Positions 63,101 to 64,000 of a DNA stretch of 64,000 nt are shown piece after piece. Below the pieces are notes generated by a model. It worked only from the letters and a program-made list of their open reading frames with translations. It did not search any database and was not told the origin of the DNA. Within the stretch, counting starts at the first letter, position 1. Every line of letters starts with the position of its first letter. The translations under genes and the position numbers were made by a program. Source of the DNA: Spizellomyces punctatus DAOM BR117 (Eukaryota); assembly GCA_000182565.2 (NCBI GenBank), contig KQ257475.1, one strand, 5' to 3'.

Positions 63101-64000
63101 GTCTCCAAAACTCCCTGTGAAGGCTTGGCTTCGTTCACCAGTCGGTAATCCTTGATAAGTTGAACCCGGTCGCTGTGCACGAGCATCTTTTTGAGCATGA
63201 GCGGGAGATTTGATCGTGCGGGGTTTACGCAACGCGTACTAGTCTTTAGACTTTTGGGTATCCCTTACCTTGGCTCTTTGAATGAACATTTCAACGTGTT
63301 TTCGGGCAGCTATGGTTGAGATTGACCAACGGAGGAAGACTACAAAATCACTGATGTCGAATAAAGGATCGGTGCCGAGCTCATTTGGGCCAAAAGGTGG
63401 CGATGGGGCTTCTGTTGCCGACTTTGTGGATCCCGCTGCTTCTCCACCTTGCTGTTCTCCCCCCGCCATTTTGGTGCTCTGTCTTCCTTGACTGGCGGCC
63501 GTCTTTCCCACCGCTGTTGTCTTTGGACGGGTATTTTGTAAAATACCTCGACGTTCGCGCTCGATTCGTTCCGCCTCAGCTCTCGCCTGGAATTTAAAAT
63601 GTCAATGTTACTCTCTCCTATTCGCTTGGTGCAAGACGCCTTTACCTCCTCCTCCCGCGCACGGCGTTGCTGTCCCTCGTGAGCGTCCGCTAGCCTCTCA
63701 TATCTGCTGACTGCATCTGTGTACTCAGCTTGCAACCACTCTTGATATCTTTGAAAGGTGGTGAAAAACGTTGCAATGTCATAGGACGTACGACCTGGTA
63801 AACCAAACTCATTAGTGACGTGTCTTCCATTGCCCATGATAGGTTGAACGTACAGAATCTGCTCCATCTGGATAACAAAAGCGCGTTCTCTTCTACTAGC
63901 TGCGTTGCCTTTTCCTTGTAAAAAGTCATCAACAGCAGAAATAACTTGTCGGATGTGAGCTCGGCGTCAACATTCCAGTAACTGTCGAGCTATGTCATGT
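54137..64000 (-). CDS. Very large multi-exon coiled-coil protein, tentatively CCDC162/DUF4549-like; 5' end outside the window
   Basis: Chain of minus-strand exons, phase-compatible at the junctions checked; coiled-coil C-terminal part; family guess rests only on recollection of the LLSRWSRFC region. Confidence 0.7.

Overview
Intron-rich eukaryotic genomic DNA with mostly 50-110 nt GT-AG introns and a (CCCTAA)n array near the left end. The gene content (opsin-like class A GPCR, DAGL-type lipase, large coiled-coil protein) suggests an early-diverging, probably chytrid, fungus; this is an inference. About 20 genes can be read, including AdoMet decarboxylase (SPE2), eRF1 (SUP45), a MYND+RRM protein, a C2H2 factor, an atypical Hsp70, UTP6, YDJ1, a small methyltransferase, a phytase-like phosphatase, a DAG lipase, a BOR1-type transporter, a 7TM receptor, a PP2C-like protein and a >9.8 kb multi-exon gene running off the right edge. 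Best signals: (1) a spliced, layered uORF system in the SPE2 leader, with a putative ACG-initiated peptide ending KEPP-stop; (2) a possible eRF1 3'UTR intron placed for readthrough/NMD autoregulation; (3) a telomere array fused onto a truncated gene; (4) a recurring promoter motif GGCACAGTCAT; (5) a hidden spliced gene with a duplicated exon. All splice models were read by eye and lack transcript support.
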